DNA of 64,000 nt from Raillietiella orientalis (taxonomy: Eukaryota). The stretch's first letter is position 1; each line of letters opens with the position of its first letter. Positions 24,550-36,510 of the stretch are shown here, piece by piece. Below the pieces are notes generated by a model. That model did not search any database and had not been told where the DNA came from. It saw only the letters and a program-made list of their open reading frames with translations. Both the position numbers and the translations under genes were made by a program. The stretch is from assembly GCA_036172245.1 (NCBI GenBank), contig JAYWIR010000026.1, forward strand, positions 62,001-126,000, written 5' to 3'.

Positions 24550-26662
24550 ACAGCCGAACCCCCGCGATCGTCTCTATCTCCTGAACGTCTGCTGCGGTGA
24601 CCACGTGGATCTCCTGCAGCAGGGCCAGGTCGAACTCACGCAGGTTGTCGGCCGTATCTCGTCTGTTGCCGTCGTCGCGCAGCCCGTTGACATTCGAACA
24701 GGCCACGCGTATCCGACGGCAACAGGCGAGCCCAGGTGTTAATCCCAAGAAATCGGAACTGCGGCGTCAGCCACCTGTTGGGGTGGGACGCTTGGAGGTG
24801 GACGGGTCGGTGCGTGGAGCACCTGTTCCTCCTCCTCCATTGGTGTCGGCGCGTCAGGCGGATCGCCCGAAGGTGTGATCGCGCCTACCTGATCGCCCTC
24901 CTTCATAAGGGCGGGCTTTTCGGGTTCGGCGCATTCAGGGTTGGCTCCGTTACTCTGCTCATCTTCCTCCATAGGGGTCGCCTGTGCGCCGGCTTCCGAG
25001 CGTGGGAGTTGCCCCTCCGGGTTTCCCACGCTGCAATCGGCTTCCGGCTTCTCCTCCTCGTTCAAAACGGGAGGGCACCTCTTGGGCCTTTGGGACTTAT
25101 GTACTGCCTTTCGAGGAGGTGCCTCCACGGAGGATGATGAGTTTCCGGCCTCCCGGTCGGACTCACCTGCGGGAGGCATTTTCTTCGGAGCCGGCCTGCG
25201 GACGCCCTTACGCGACGGGGTTTCGCGCTCGGCGAGCGTTGCCGCGAGCTCCTCTGCGGCCTTCTCGAAGGACGCGTCATCGCTTTCGGCAAACGTTGCC
25301 GCGGGCTCCTCTGCGACCTTATCGGACGCGGCGTCCTCGCTTCCGGAGCGCGAGTCTCGCGTCTCATCCTCTAAACTTCCTCTAAACTCTAACGAGTGAG
25401 CTCGTCCACGCTTGTTTCGATCGCGTCCCCATCAGATGTTTGCTAAATATTGCCGCGGGCGACCTCCGCAGGAACGGCTAAGCGTTCCAATGCCACCGAG
25501 CACTCGCGGAGTTTTTTTGAAATCGGCGCGGCTTTTTTCTTTATGCCGGCAGTTTTTTTCTCCGACTTTTGCTCTCCCAGAATCTTCTTTTTTTCTTTTC
25601 TGACCTTAACCAGTTGCCATCCTCCCTCCGCTTCCGCATCTTCCGCGATTTTATCATCCGACGCCTGGGTGGGAGGAGGAGGAGATGGCGGCTGGGGCTG
25701 GCCATTGTCACGCGCTGGTCTTTCCACCAGCTTTCCGCGCTTTCCCTTTGGCTTTTTGGCAGCAGGGAGCTCCGGGGTGGGGCGCTTAAAGCACACGCGT
25801 CGCACGTACCCCTTCACCCCGCATAAGTGGAACACAATGTTCGGGCACCTTTTTCGAAGATGCCCTACTGCATTCCAGTAGCCACATAATTGGGGTTTCC
25901 CCACGAACCAGAGGTCTACCGGTTCTTGGCAGACCTCCAGTTTGTAAAGAACCGCACCACCCTCTTTCACCGTGACACGCGCCGCGGCCTGGTTTCCGAA
26001 GATGCTACTGAAGCCATCAAAAATCTTAGGCTTCTGACACAACGCGTGCACTTCCCTGTGCTTCCGCAACTGATCACCAGCCGCTGACCGCGTCATGCAG
26101 CTGGTGATCCCGGTGAGATGGACCACTACAGAGCGGTCCATCATCACCACTAAGATCTTGCGACCATCAACGACCAGCGGGTCGGTAATCAGGCGTTGGG
26201 TCAAGGTGATATCTTTGCATACCACCTCGACCCGCTGACCCCCGCTGAGGACGAAGAGGCCGTCAAAATCTTGCTCCCGAATATTTGCGTTCTGCAGCGC
26301 CTTCGAGAAGGCGCGTGCAGTCCGCCCATCAAATGATGGTCCTACCTTATATATGAGCGAGGGTTTATATCCTGCTGCCCAGTAGGCCATTTGTTCGGCC
26401 AAGGCTCCGGCGCTGGGCGCTGCCACCATGGCACTCCAAGTCCTCGTCTCTAGCGGCGGATACGATTCCGAGGCGGATGCCCCTAAACAAGTAGGCTGTG
26501 GGGGCGAACAAGCCTCCCCCACGGTTACTTCCATCGCGGTGTCCTGTGGCAACGAAGCCATCGGACACCTACGATGTGAACGCACAAAACGCTTAAAGAA
26601 AAACGATCCTCTTGCCACGCAGGAGGATCGACGGAAAAACATGTCCGCTCACCACAAGCGAC
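24550..26662 (-). mobile_element. F-type element 5' part (ORF1 24739-26561, disrupted; start of APE), interrupted at the GVRL site
   Basis: 5' GGACATGTTTTT; ORF1 homology; RIRVACSNVNG and LLQEIH. Confidence 0.9.
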
Positions 26663-29587
26663 TTTGGTGGAAGCGTGCGTAAGGAGAGATGGTATTTACT
26701 ATCTCGATGTTACGCGCGAACACCAGACGTACGCAGGCTAGCCGAATACCGTGCGGAAGCCGAGAGGCAGGCGTGGCAATCTCGGTCGGCCAGCTTACTG
26801 GACGACCAGAGCTCGGAGCACTCGGCCCCCGCCCGGGGAAAAGGCTTATTAAAAAAATTCTACTATTCCGTATACGCGCGCGCTCCACCGGAACGGGATG
26901 TCTCGCGACTTCTTCTTCCGGAAGGCGCTCCGGCGATCGGGTAGGAAGATAGAAACACCTTCGGCGAGCCTTTCACGATGGGCGAGATCATCTCGGCCAT
27001 CAAAAAGCTCAAAAGGAAGAAGGCTCCAGGAAAGGACGGCCTGCCAGCGGAATTTTTTCAATGTTTCGCGGCAAAGCTTACTCCCCTTGTAAAGAAACTC
27101 ACCTTGCTGATCCGCGAAACGGGCGACGTCCCCGCCTCGTTTTGTTCGGCAAAGGTGCGTCTCCTCCCTAAGGGAGGAGACCTTCGGAGCATGAGCAACT
27201 GGCGGCCGATTACCGTGATAAACCCGGACGCCAATTTGCTAGCGAAATTGTGGGCTGAACGCCTGGGGCGGTTAGCGGAAAGCTTCATTAGCCTGGAGCA
27301 GACATATTCTGTTCCCGGGCGGAGCGTGGATGGCAACCTGTTCCTCGCCAGCACCTTTTTCGCGCTCCAACAGGAAAGAATCAGGATGGGCAACCGGACT
27401 TCCGGAATGTCCGCCGCTAGGAAACGGGATGGTTGGGGGGGAGGAAGGAGCCCTCGCAGTCGCAGTCGATTTGCATAAAGCATTCGACTGTGTCGACCAG
27501 AGGCTCCTTCTGGAGCTCCTGGAACGCTTGGGCTTCTCGGTCTCTTTGCTGACCTACCTGCAATCCTGCTGGCGCGACGCGCTCATCCAGATCTTTTCCA
27601 GTAAACACACCGTGCACGGCGTACCGGAGCGACGCGGCATACAACAGGGAGACAGCCTGAGTCCCTTGCTCTTCAGTACCTACTTCGAGTTGGTACTCAG
27701 AGCGTACAGGGAAACTCTAGCGCACCTGCCGCGCGACTATCCCGGTACGCCCGCGGTGTCAGCATATGCGGACGACCTACTGCTGCTGCTCCCTATGTCC
27801 ACCCCGGCATCGGCGGTCGAGGAGTTCTTCGACCGGCAAAGTCGGGGAACCAAGCTTGAGGTAAACAGGTCGAAGTCGTCCGTGATGCCAGTTGGTGCGG
27901 CGTGGCCAGGGCAGCAGGACTGGGTTCGTTTAAGGATCTTTACGGTGAACTAATTCAACTACTTTGGAGTACCGATAGGGGATTTTTTTCCTTCGGATGC
28001 GTGGTCCAGCTATCTTCAGAAGATAGAGATTGCTGTCGGCCCGTTCCAAGGCCGCAGGTTTTTTCTGCCGGAATGGGCCACGGTGTGGAACGCGTTCGTA
28101 AACCCCTTCTCCGTTCACTACTTTTTGTTTGCCCTCCCACCACAGAGACTAAAAAGCGGACGAAGGACCTCCTAAGGATTGCCCTGTGGGGTAATGGGAG
28201 GGCCCGAGTCCGGCTTGAGGACTTGAGCGCTCCGCGTCGGGACGGCGGTGTCGGCCTCCTGACGCTAGAGCGGCTGGAGCTCCAGCTCCAGTTTCGGTTA
28301 CTCGCCCTAGTGGCGAAATATTGGAGTAGCAGTTGGTGCGAGCCCGCACGTCTCCTCGTCGAGCAGGCTACAGGCAAGGTGGGACTGTCATCCTTCCTTG
28401 CGCTCCGTCGGCGCCGCCAAGTCGGTCACTGCTGGTTGCAGCTACGGAGAGTGGCTGACCTGATGAGCAAGTACGCAGGATGGCTCTGCTGTCGCTTCGT
28501 TAACGGACCTGCATGGCTGCAGGAAACGGTTCAGACGTGGGCAAGGAGCAACCAGCAACGCACCCAAGAAGGGCAGAGACATCTCTTCGAACGTAATGAC
28601 CGCCTGATGCTCCGGGAGGTCCTGGAAAACCCACAAATACGAGCGTGGGCAAGAAAAACTCCCCTCGTTGCAATGCTGTTTCTGCTCGCGGAACATTTGG
28701 AAGACAACACTGCTGCGAAATGGGATGTGTATGTTAATATCTCCGGTACGTAAAAAAAGATCGGGGAATGGAAAACGGGTATTTTCTTCGATACTGCGGC
28801 CCGGATTACTCCTCCTATTGGACTTATGCGCTGAAGCGAGCTGCTTAATGTTCCGCGAGAACAATTGAAGTGGCTCCCGGTGCTGATGAACACCTCCATC
28901 CTCCCCATAAAATGACAGGAGTCGGCGCTATTGTTGCTGCATTAGGAACTCCTGTGCAACGTCCGCCGTCACCATTGTTTCTTGGGAGCAGTGAGCCCTA
29001 ATTGTGCGAGGTGTGGTGAACGGGAGTCCCTTTCTCACCTCCTTTTGGATTGTATGGCTTTTTGGTCCCTTTGGAACCGTTTTGCGCGGCCATCGGTATC
29101 CCCTGCGGCAACCCGAGGGACGCTCAGTAATCCCTCTTCGTTGCCTACGCACTTCAGCCAGCGGCATCCTTAGCAGGCCTGTGCTGCCTTCGAGGGATCG
29201 TCGCCGCATGGAGCAAGGCTACGGGAGGACCACACAAACAGGGTGCTATCCAACCATCCTCCCAGTTTCTGAGGAAGGCGTCGCGATGGCTCTATCTGGA
29301 TTTAAGAATGCAGCAAGTGCTTGCCGCCGTTTTGCAAAGGATGCAACGACCCCACCAGCTACAGTGATCCCTTCACTTACCCTCCCACGTTTGCTTTTCT
29401 TTTTGCCTTGTTTTTTTTGTTTTTCCCTTCTTCACCCAGCTGCCGTGGTGGACTGTACCGGTCTGCGAACCTGTGACTCGGCAGGCTCCGTGTTTCTTCG
29501 TGCGTGGCTGGAGCAATGGTCCAGCCACCGCACGTCTTTGTTAAAGTTTATTAATTAATAAACGCCCCGGTGATATCCGGGTGAAAA
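26663..29587 (+). mobile_element. E-type ORF2 (RT) with an A-type 3' end; chimeric 3' portion
   Basis: 26663-29084 is an inverted near-identical copy of 11031-13452; the rest resembles the A1 3' end; terminal hairpin at 29557-29587. Confidence 0.92.
29557..29587 (+). terminator. Conserved 3'-terminal motif: AATAAA + CCCGG-N6-CCGGG hairpin + TGAAAA (representative of 9 copies)
   Basis: AATAAACGCCCCGGTGATATCCGGGTGAAAA; function inferred only. Confidence 0.7.
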
Positions 29588-32500
29588 TCGAATGCTTTAT
29601 GCAAATCTACTGCTACTGCCAAGGCTCCCGGCCTTTCTCCTGTCCGTCCGCACTGGCGCACGCAGTCGGCAGAAGGTCTTGCCGCTGTTCGGCTATCCGC
29701 CGCAACGCGCTCCTGAAGCTGCCACCAGGTGCGCGCGAAAAGAAGGTTAACATCCATGGATCTACCCGGTACAGCGTAAGACTGCTCCGGGCTTACCAGG
29801 GTATTTGCGACTTTTCCTAGGCGCGTGACGTACATCTTGGAAAACAACTTGACGTCCGTATTCACTAAAGGGATTTTACGCCACTTGTTGAGATGTTGCA
29901 GATCTCCTCCTTTCGGAAGGAGACGCACCCTCGCTGAGCGGAAGGAAGAAGAAGCTCTGATAGAACTCCGCGGGCAGCCCGTTCTTACCTGGCGTCTTCC
30001 ATTTTTTGAGTCCTGCGATGGCGGAAGAAACTGCCTCCAACGAGAAGGGCTCGTCGAGACGTGCACGTCTCTCCTCGCCGATGCCGTGTGCACCCCGCGG
30101 CGGAAGCAGTTCCTACAGGATTCTCTCCGTCGGGGAATTGGCGTAGAGCAAGGAGAAGTGACGTCTTAGTGTTCGCCGTACTTCGACAGGAGCCATGCAT
30201 TCGCGGACTTGGTCGTCGAGCAGAATAGCCGCTCCAGACTGCCAGAACTGGCGCTCGGCCCTCGCCTTGTACTCTGCGAGGTGTCGGACTCCAGCACGTC
30301 TAGAGAAGGTGCGCGCCTGCAGAAATTCTCTGCTATTGGCCACGTCTTCTCCAAAGCTGCACGGTAGCAGGTGCAGGGGGAACCGGTGGAAAAACTTGCG
30401 AACAGATCTTTTAAGATGGTCCTAGTCTGCGAGCTGCCTAATGGCAAAGCCGCGAAGCAACTGTCAAAGATGCTCCGCCGGCTCCCGATGGCTCAGCCGA
30501 TCCGTCGGAATCCTCCAAACATTGTTCGGAGGTCCCTTGCCCAGCGGGAGTAGCTCGAACTCCAGCCTATCATGGACCGATAACGTGGACGGCACCCTGC
30601 CTCTCCTTCCCACTCGCGAGAGTAGGTGTTCATCGAGGTAGAGGTGATCCACGCATCTTTTCAATCCAGGCTCGTCGGCTTCCAAGTTACGCGCGTGCAC
30701 CGACGCGCATGCCTCTTCCACCCGCGACCGTTCCGCCAGGGACCGCGTCTCGTTGGAAAGCTGGTGGACGTTGAAGTCCCCTGCGACGAGATGCGCCACT
30801 CTGGCTCCGGAGTTTCTGAGCCATCGGCTCTCCAGCACGTCAAAGAACTCGATTCTTTCGACACGCCGATGAAAGCTGCTCGGCGCGTAGACGTTCGTTA
30901 CGACGAGGTCGATTGAATCTGACCACTTGAGTACAAGTTGGCCCATTCGCCCTTCCTTGTCGAATCGAACGCTGCGCACCGCTCCCGCCATCCTTCTATT
31001 GACGAGAAAACCGACTCCGCACGATTGTGCAGAACCTTCTCGCCAGTACAGGGTGCCACCCGCGCGCTGTTTGATTACCGCAATCTCCGCATCGGAGATG
31101 TAATGCATCTCCTGAAGGATCACCAATTCGAAATGTCGCAGGGTGTCTGACGCGCCGCGCATCTTTCCGTCCCTGCGCAGCCCGTTGACGTTTCAACAGG
31201 CTACGCTGAACCGACGAAGAGAGGCGACTTCCTCCATTAAGGCTGGGAAGTTGAGCACAGGTTTCTCTCCTTGTCCGGCGAGTGGTCACGAGACAGAACG
31301 GCAGATCATGGAGACTAGACATCTCCATTCGAAGCCGCCCTGCTTGTTGCCGGTAGCTCAGAGGTGAGGCCCATTCCATCCTCTTTGCTCCCCAGCAACA
31401 GTTCCTCTTCGACAACAACGCGCTTGCGGGTGTCCAAGAGGCGATTCCGCGGTTTCGGGCGGGTTTCCCGCTGTGTGCTGATTCTTTCTAACTCTGGATC
31501 GGAATCCGACAGTCGAGCGCTTGACAGGCGCTGCTTCTGTTTCCCGGAATTGGGGAAATCATTTGCTGCCTGTTCCTTAGCGCTTTCTGCTACTGCGGCT
31601 GGGACTTTCGTCCTTTTAGCCGCAGCAGCAGCTTTCCGCTGCATGCGCGAAAGGACGACTGCACAGAAGGAAAGGATCGCAATCTTTTTTTAAGATGGTT
31701 TCGCGGGTTTCTTTTGCCCACTCACCTTCACACAGAGCTGCGAGGACCTTGACGTTTCTTTTTAATAACCTTCTCACCTGTATCCAGCCGTCTTCCTTCG
31801 CGTCGCAGTTATCTTTGCCCTCCTGAGATGGCGCTGCGTGCGCGGATGTAAGAAACGCTGCCTTGGCTGCCTCTTGAAGTGCTGCCTCCGCGCAGGCGTA
31901 AGCGACTCCCTTAGCGATCGCGAGAGGCGCTGCCTCTTTCAGATCGGAGGATTCGCGCGTTGTCTTTGCGACCGCTGGGGGCACTGCTGTAGCGGTTGTG
32001 CTCGCCCTAGCAGTTTGTACCTTGGCCGCAGTAGGCGCTGCGTCTGCGCGCGAGGACTGCGGGTTTGCCGGCTGTTTCTTCGCGGCACTCGGCGCCTGGG
32101 GCACCTTGGCCGCGGTAGCTTCAGACGGCGCGGTGTTCTTTGCCCGCAAGCGCGATTCTCCCATTTCGGGAGATCGAACGCATTCCTCGCCACTTGCCGA
32201 GGCCTTGATAGGAGGCTTCGCGGTCGCGATGCCGACAGTAGAAGGCTTCTTGTCCTCCGGCGCACTCTCTCCAGCATTGAAAATTTCGCTAAGAGGTTTC
32301 GGTGAGATCTCGCATTGCTCGCGAGCTTCCTTCGGCTCGGTAGCCTGAAGCTCCGCCGAGACGCGTTTTTTTTTTATGTTTTTCTCCCCTTTTTTGTGGA
32401 GGATAGGAAGAGTTTTCTGCGCATGCGCGTTTGCGGTTTTCGCAACGCTCTCAGTTTTGAGGTTTTTTTCCCTCGATTCGCGGCGTTTATTTCGCGATGC

Positions 32501-33399
32501 GAAACGCGCTTCCTTCTTGCGCTTTTCGTTTTTTGAAAGGAACTTCGGGCACGTTTCTTTTATGTGCCCGGGCTCGTGGCGCAAACGGCAGGCGGCCGAG
32601 GACACTTCGTAAGGCGGTGACCCTCCTGACCGCATTCCGCGCATACAAGCGTTTGCCCCGCAAACCACAGGCGGACGGTCATCCCATCCACCTGCAGTCG
32701 CGTGGGCATTGCACGGCGATCCGTCATCGTCACTCGCACTTGCGCGAGCCCTCTGTGGTGGTCTTCGAACCCTTCAGCAGGGTTTGGCAGCCTCCAAATC
32801 GCGTGGACGGTAGCGAATTTTTCAAGGGCCTCCACGACCTGGCGGTCCGAAAGGCCCTTACACACTCCACTGAGCCGGACAACGAACGACTGGTCCGTTG
32901 TGACAGGGAGTATTTCCTGCCCACGAATGAGCAGCGGCGTGTGCAGCAAACGCTGCGTAAGGAGATCGTCCTTACTGGACACCTCCCAGTAGCCGCACCC
33001 ACTCATGGGCATGATGGACTCCAGTTGGCCTTTTTGAACTTCAATCCGTTGGAGTTCCTGGCCAAACTCGCGCCCAACCCGCTCAGGCATAAGGACACTT
33101 ACCTTATACCTGAGTGCAGGCGTGTAGCCATTTGCTACATACGCCTGAAGCTCAGGGCTGTCGGGCGAAGGTCTCATCGTAGCCGCAAGGGCAGCGACCA
33201 GGGCGAACGTCCTCGCCGTCGGCGAGGACAGTGGCTCCTTGTTAGCAGCCGAATCCGCCATCTCATGAGCAGGTACCGCTCCCTTCTTGCGGCTGATGTT
33301 CTTCGTTGCTCCCATTACAACACAGAAGCACAGCAGAACAAAAACACACAAGAGTCAGCCTACCGCGGAGCGACGCAAAAGCACGTCCGTACGGGACCG
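29588..33399 (-). mobile_element. B-like element G 5' part (ORF1 about 31237-33315; ORF2 APE to RT motif A), interrupted at KAFD
   Basis: 5' GGACGTGCTTTT; CAECGQEGHRLTKC; TAATG at 31235-31239; LQEMH, NVYAP, AGDFN; ends DLHKAFD. Confidence 0.9.
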
Positions 33400-33781
33400 G
33401 CGCTGATGAGGGAGACCGGAGATGTTCCTGCATCTTTCGGATCAGCAAACTGGCGGCTCCTGCCGAAAGGCGGGGATTTGAGCCACCTTAACAACTGCGT
33501 CCTTGATGAATTCGGACTACAATTGTTCTCCAAACTTTCGGTCGCGCGGCTGGGGAGAATCGCAGAGTCCTTGGTAAGTCCGGAGCAGACGTATGCTGTT
33601 CCAGGGAGGTCCATGGACGCGAATCTCTTCTTCCCACGAACATGGGTCGAGTTGCAGCAGCACGTGGCGCAGAAGAGCCAAGCAGCCGAAAGCGCCGCTG
33701 CCAAGGTAAGAGGCGGTGTTCAAGGCACGATGGAACGCCGGGAGCCTTAGCGGTCGCCTTCGATCTCTGCAAAGCGTTCGA
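33400..33781 (+). mobile_element. B-type RT fragment interrupted at KAFD
   Basis: LMRETGDVPASF, LLPKGGDL, EQTYAVPGRSMDAN, DLCKAFD. Confidence 0.88.
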
Positions 33782-36138
33782 TTTTCACCCGGATTTCTCC
33801 GGGTCGTTTATTAAAAAATAAACTTTTTGAAGAAGTTATTAATGGCTGTGGCAATGCTCCAGCCAGAAGCTAAGAACCACGGAGCCTGCAAATTCATTGG
33901 TTTCTACACCGGTACGGTCCACCAAGGCAGCAGGAGAAAGGCGAAAAACAAAAAAAACTAAACAAAAAGAAACAAAGGGTGGGGGGCAACGGGAAGGGAT
34001 CACTGATGCTGCTGGGGCCGCATCATCCCTCTGAGGATGCTGGCAAGCTCTTGTTTGTTATGAACATCTAAGTGAGGTCATCGTGACGCACTCCTCAGGA
34101 ATTGAAAGGCGCACTATATGGCCTCCTGATCGCTAGGTCCTCCCGTCGCCGTGCTCCAGGCGGCGACGATCCCACGAAGGCAGCACAAGGCTGCTATCGA
34201 GGGCGCTGGCCGCAGGGCGACGGCAACGAAGAAGGGTTTTAATGCGTCCCTGGTGTTGCCGCAAGGGATACCGATGGCCGCAGCAAAGCGGAACCAAAGG
34301 GGCCGAAGGGCAACACAATCCACTAGGAGGTGGGGGAGGGACTCCCGTTCCCCGCACCATACACAGTTGGAATCCACCGCTCTCCAGGTCCAGTGGTGTC
34401 GACGGGCGTTGCAGGGAAGTCCCCAGTGCTGCAACAGGAATGCCACATCTTGCCATTTTAGGGGGAGGATGGAAGTGTTCATAAGAACCAGGGGCCACTT
34501 CAGATGTTCAATCGGAACATCCAGCAGCGCTCCCCAGCGCAGAAGTCCATTAGGAGGCGTACTCGGGGTCGCAGCATCAGTTAGCTGGCCCGTCTTCCAC
34601 TCTCTCTGCTTCTTCTCCTTCCCGGAGATTTTTATTTTAACCTCCCACTACGCCGCAACATCGTTGTCCTGATGTTCCACTAGAGAGTCCAGCGCAGCAG
34701 CGAGGGGGGTTCTTCCTGACCACGCTCTCTTCTTAGGATCCTCCAGGATCTCACGAAGCGTGCAACTTCTGTAACCCCCAAACAGGAACCTTCGTTCCTG
34801 ATGGGAGGGTTGCATGCCTAACTGTTCCAACATGAGAACGGTTTCCTGCAACCAGGCACTACCGTTTGCGGGGAGATAGGTGATCCATCCTTGATTTTTT
34901 CTTGCCAGCGCAGCCACCCCCCGTAGCTGAAGCCCACATCGGTTGATGCGGCTTTGATGGAGTGCAAGAAACGACGTTAGTCCCGTCTTGCCGGTGGCTT
35001 GCTGAAGGAAGAGCCGTGCAGGGACGCACCAACAAGTGCACCACAACTATGGCACAAGTGCCAAAATCGGGAACTGGAGCTGCAGCTCCAGCCGCTCCAA
35101 TGTCAGGAGGCCGAGACCACCGTCCCGACGCGAAGCGCACAAGTCCTTCAAGCGGACTCGGGCCCTCCCGTTGCCCCAAAGGGCAATAGGGAGGAAGTCC
35201 TTCGTCCGCTTTTTTATCCACTCTGTGGGGGGGCAAAGAAAAAGCAGGGAACGGAGGAGAGGAGCCGCGAACATGTTCCAAACCGCGGCCCGTTTCAGGC
35301 AGGAAAAACCTGCCGCCTCGGAACGGGCCGATAGCCGTCTCTACTTTTTGAAGGCAGCCGGACCACGCTTCCGCAGGGGAGTAGTCCCCCAACGGCACAC
35401 CAAGGTACTTGAAGTACCTCACCGTGGGGATCCCCAAACGGACCCAGTCCTGCTGCCCTGCCCACGCCGCACCAACTGGCATTACGGACGACTTCGCCCT
35501 GTTCACCGTAAGACCGGTTCCTCGATTTCGCAGGTCGAACAACTTCATGACCGCCGAAGCCGGGGTGGACATAGGGAGCAGTAGCAGGAGGTCGTCCGCA
35601 TATGCTGAAACCGCCGGCGTTCTGGCGCATTCATGCGGCAGGTGCGCCAGAGTTTCCCTGTACGCTCTCAGTACCAACTCAAAGTAGGTACTGAAAAGCA
35701 AGGGGCTCAGGCTGTCTCCCTGCCGGATCCCACGTCGCACCGGCACGCCGGGAACAGTATGCCCCCTGAAAGTAACATTGATTTGCGAATCGCGCCAGCT
35801 AGAGCGCAGATAGGCCAATAATGAGGCCGGGAAGCCCAAGCGTTTCAAAGGCTCCAGCAGGAGATTCTGGTCGACACAATCGAATGCTTTCTGCAAGTCG
35901 ACTGCGACCGCAAGGGCTCGCTCCTTCATCCGACCATCCGTCGCATGACTGACGGACTCACCGGAATTCCCGGTGCGCATCAAGCTTCTTTCGTGTTGGA
36001 GCTCTAGCCAGGTAGAAGCGTGGAACAGGTTCGCCTCCATGCTTCGCCCCGGAACAGCATACGTCTGTTCCGGGCTGATGAAGGCGTTTGCAACCCGTCC
36101 CAAGCGCTCAGTCCAAACCTTAGCTATCAACTTGGCGT
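33782..36138 (-). mobile_element. Family A element A2, 3' part (RT, C-terminus, 3' UTR, hairpin)
   Basis: DLQKAFD, RQGDSLSP, YADD, CVWCGERESLPHLLVDC; terminal hairpin at 33782-33812. Confidence 0.92.
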
Positions 36139-36140
36139 GC

Positions 36141-36152
36141 GGACGTGTTTTT
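36141..36152 (+). promoter_or_regulatory. Conserved 5'-terminal motif GGACGTGTTTT, putative internal promoter element (representative copy)
   Basis: Present near 8 element 5' junctions; function inferred only. Confidence 0.55.
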
Positions 36153-36339
36153 GTAGCGCTCCTCCGCGCCTGGTGTAAAGCGTTTGGTTTCTTTTGTGTT
36201 TGTGTGTGAAGCATCTGCGGTGTCCAATGGCAGAAATGCCTAAGGACACCGCGATGGATATAGTAGGGGGAGAGGCTTGCTCCTCTTCTCAACCCACGGA
36301 AGTGGGGGCAACCGCCCCCACGGAGGCGACGGCAGCCGC

Positions 36340-36510
36340 ACCCCTGAAAAAGGGGTCAACCGCCGCCTCGGAAGCGAGGGCAAAGACCCCCTTGAAAAAG
36401 GGGGCAAAAGCCCCGCTGGAACAGGGTGCAACCGCTTCCTTGAAAAAGGGGACAACCGCAACCCTGGAAATGGGCGCAACCGCCTCCTTGACAAAGGGGG
36501 CACCTGCACC
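36340..36510 (+). repeat. Approximately 27-bp coding tandem repeat in the H ORF1 N-terminus
   Basis: 9-aa units PLKKGAKA-, PLEQGATA-, SLKKGTTA-, TLEMGATA-, SLTKGAPA-. Confidence 0.75.

Noticed and set aside
25232..25335. 57-bp tandem duplication in F1 ORF1
   Set aside because: Two diverged copies in a low-complexity coding region; unremarkable
29557..29587. Hairpin as a bacterial intrinsic terminator, CRISPR repeat or histone stem-loop
   Set aside because: It always lies at element 3' ends after AATAAA, is not regularly spaced, and does not match the histone consensus
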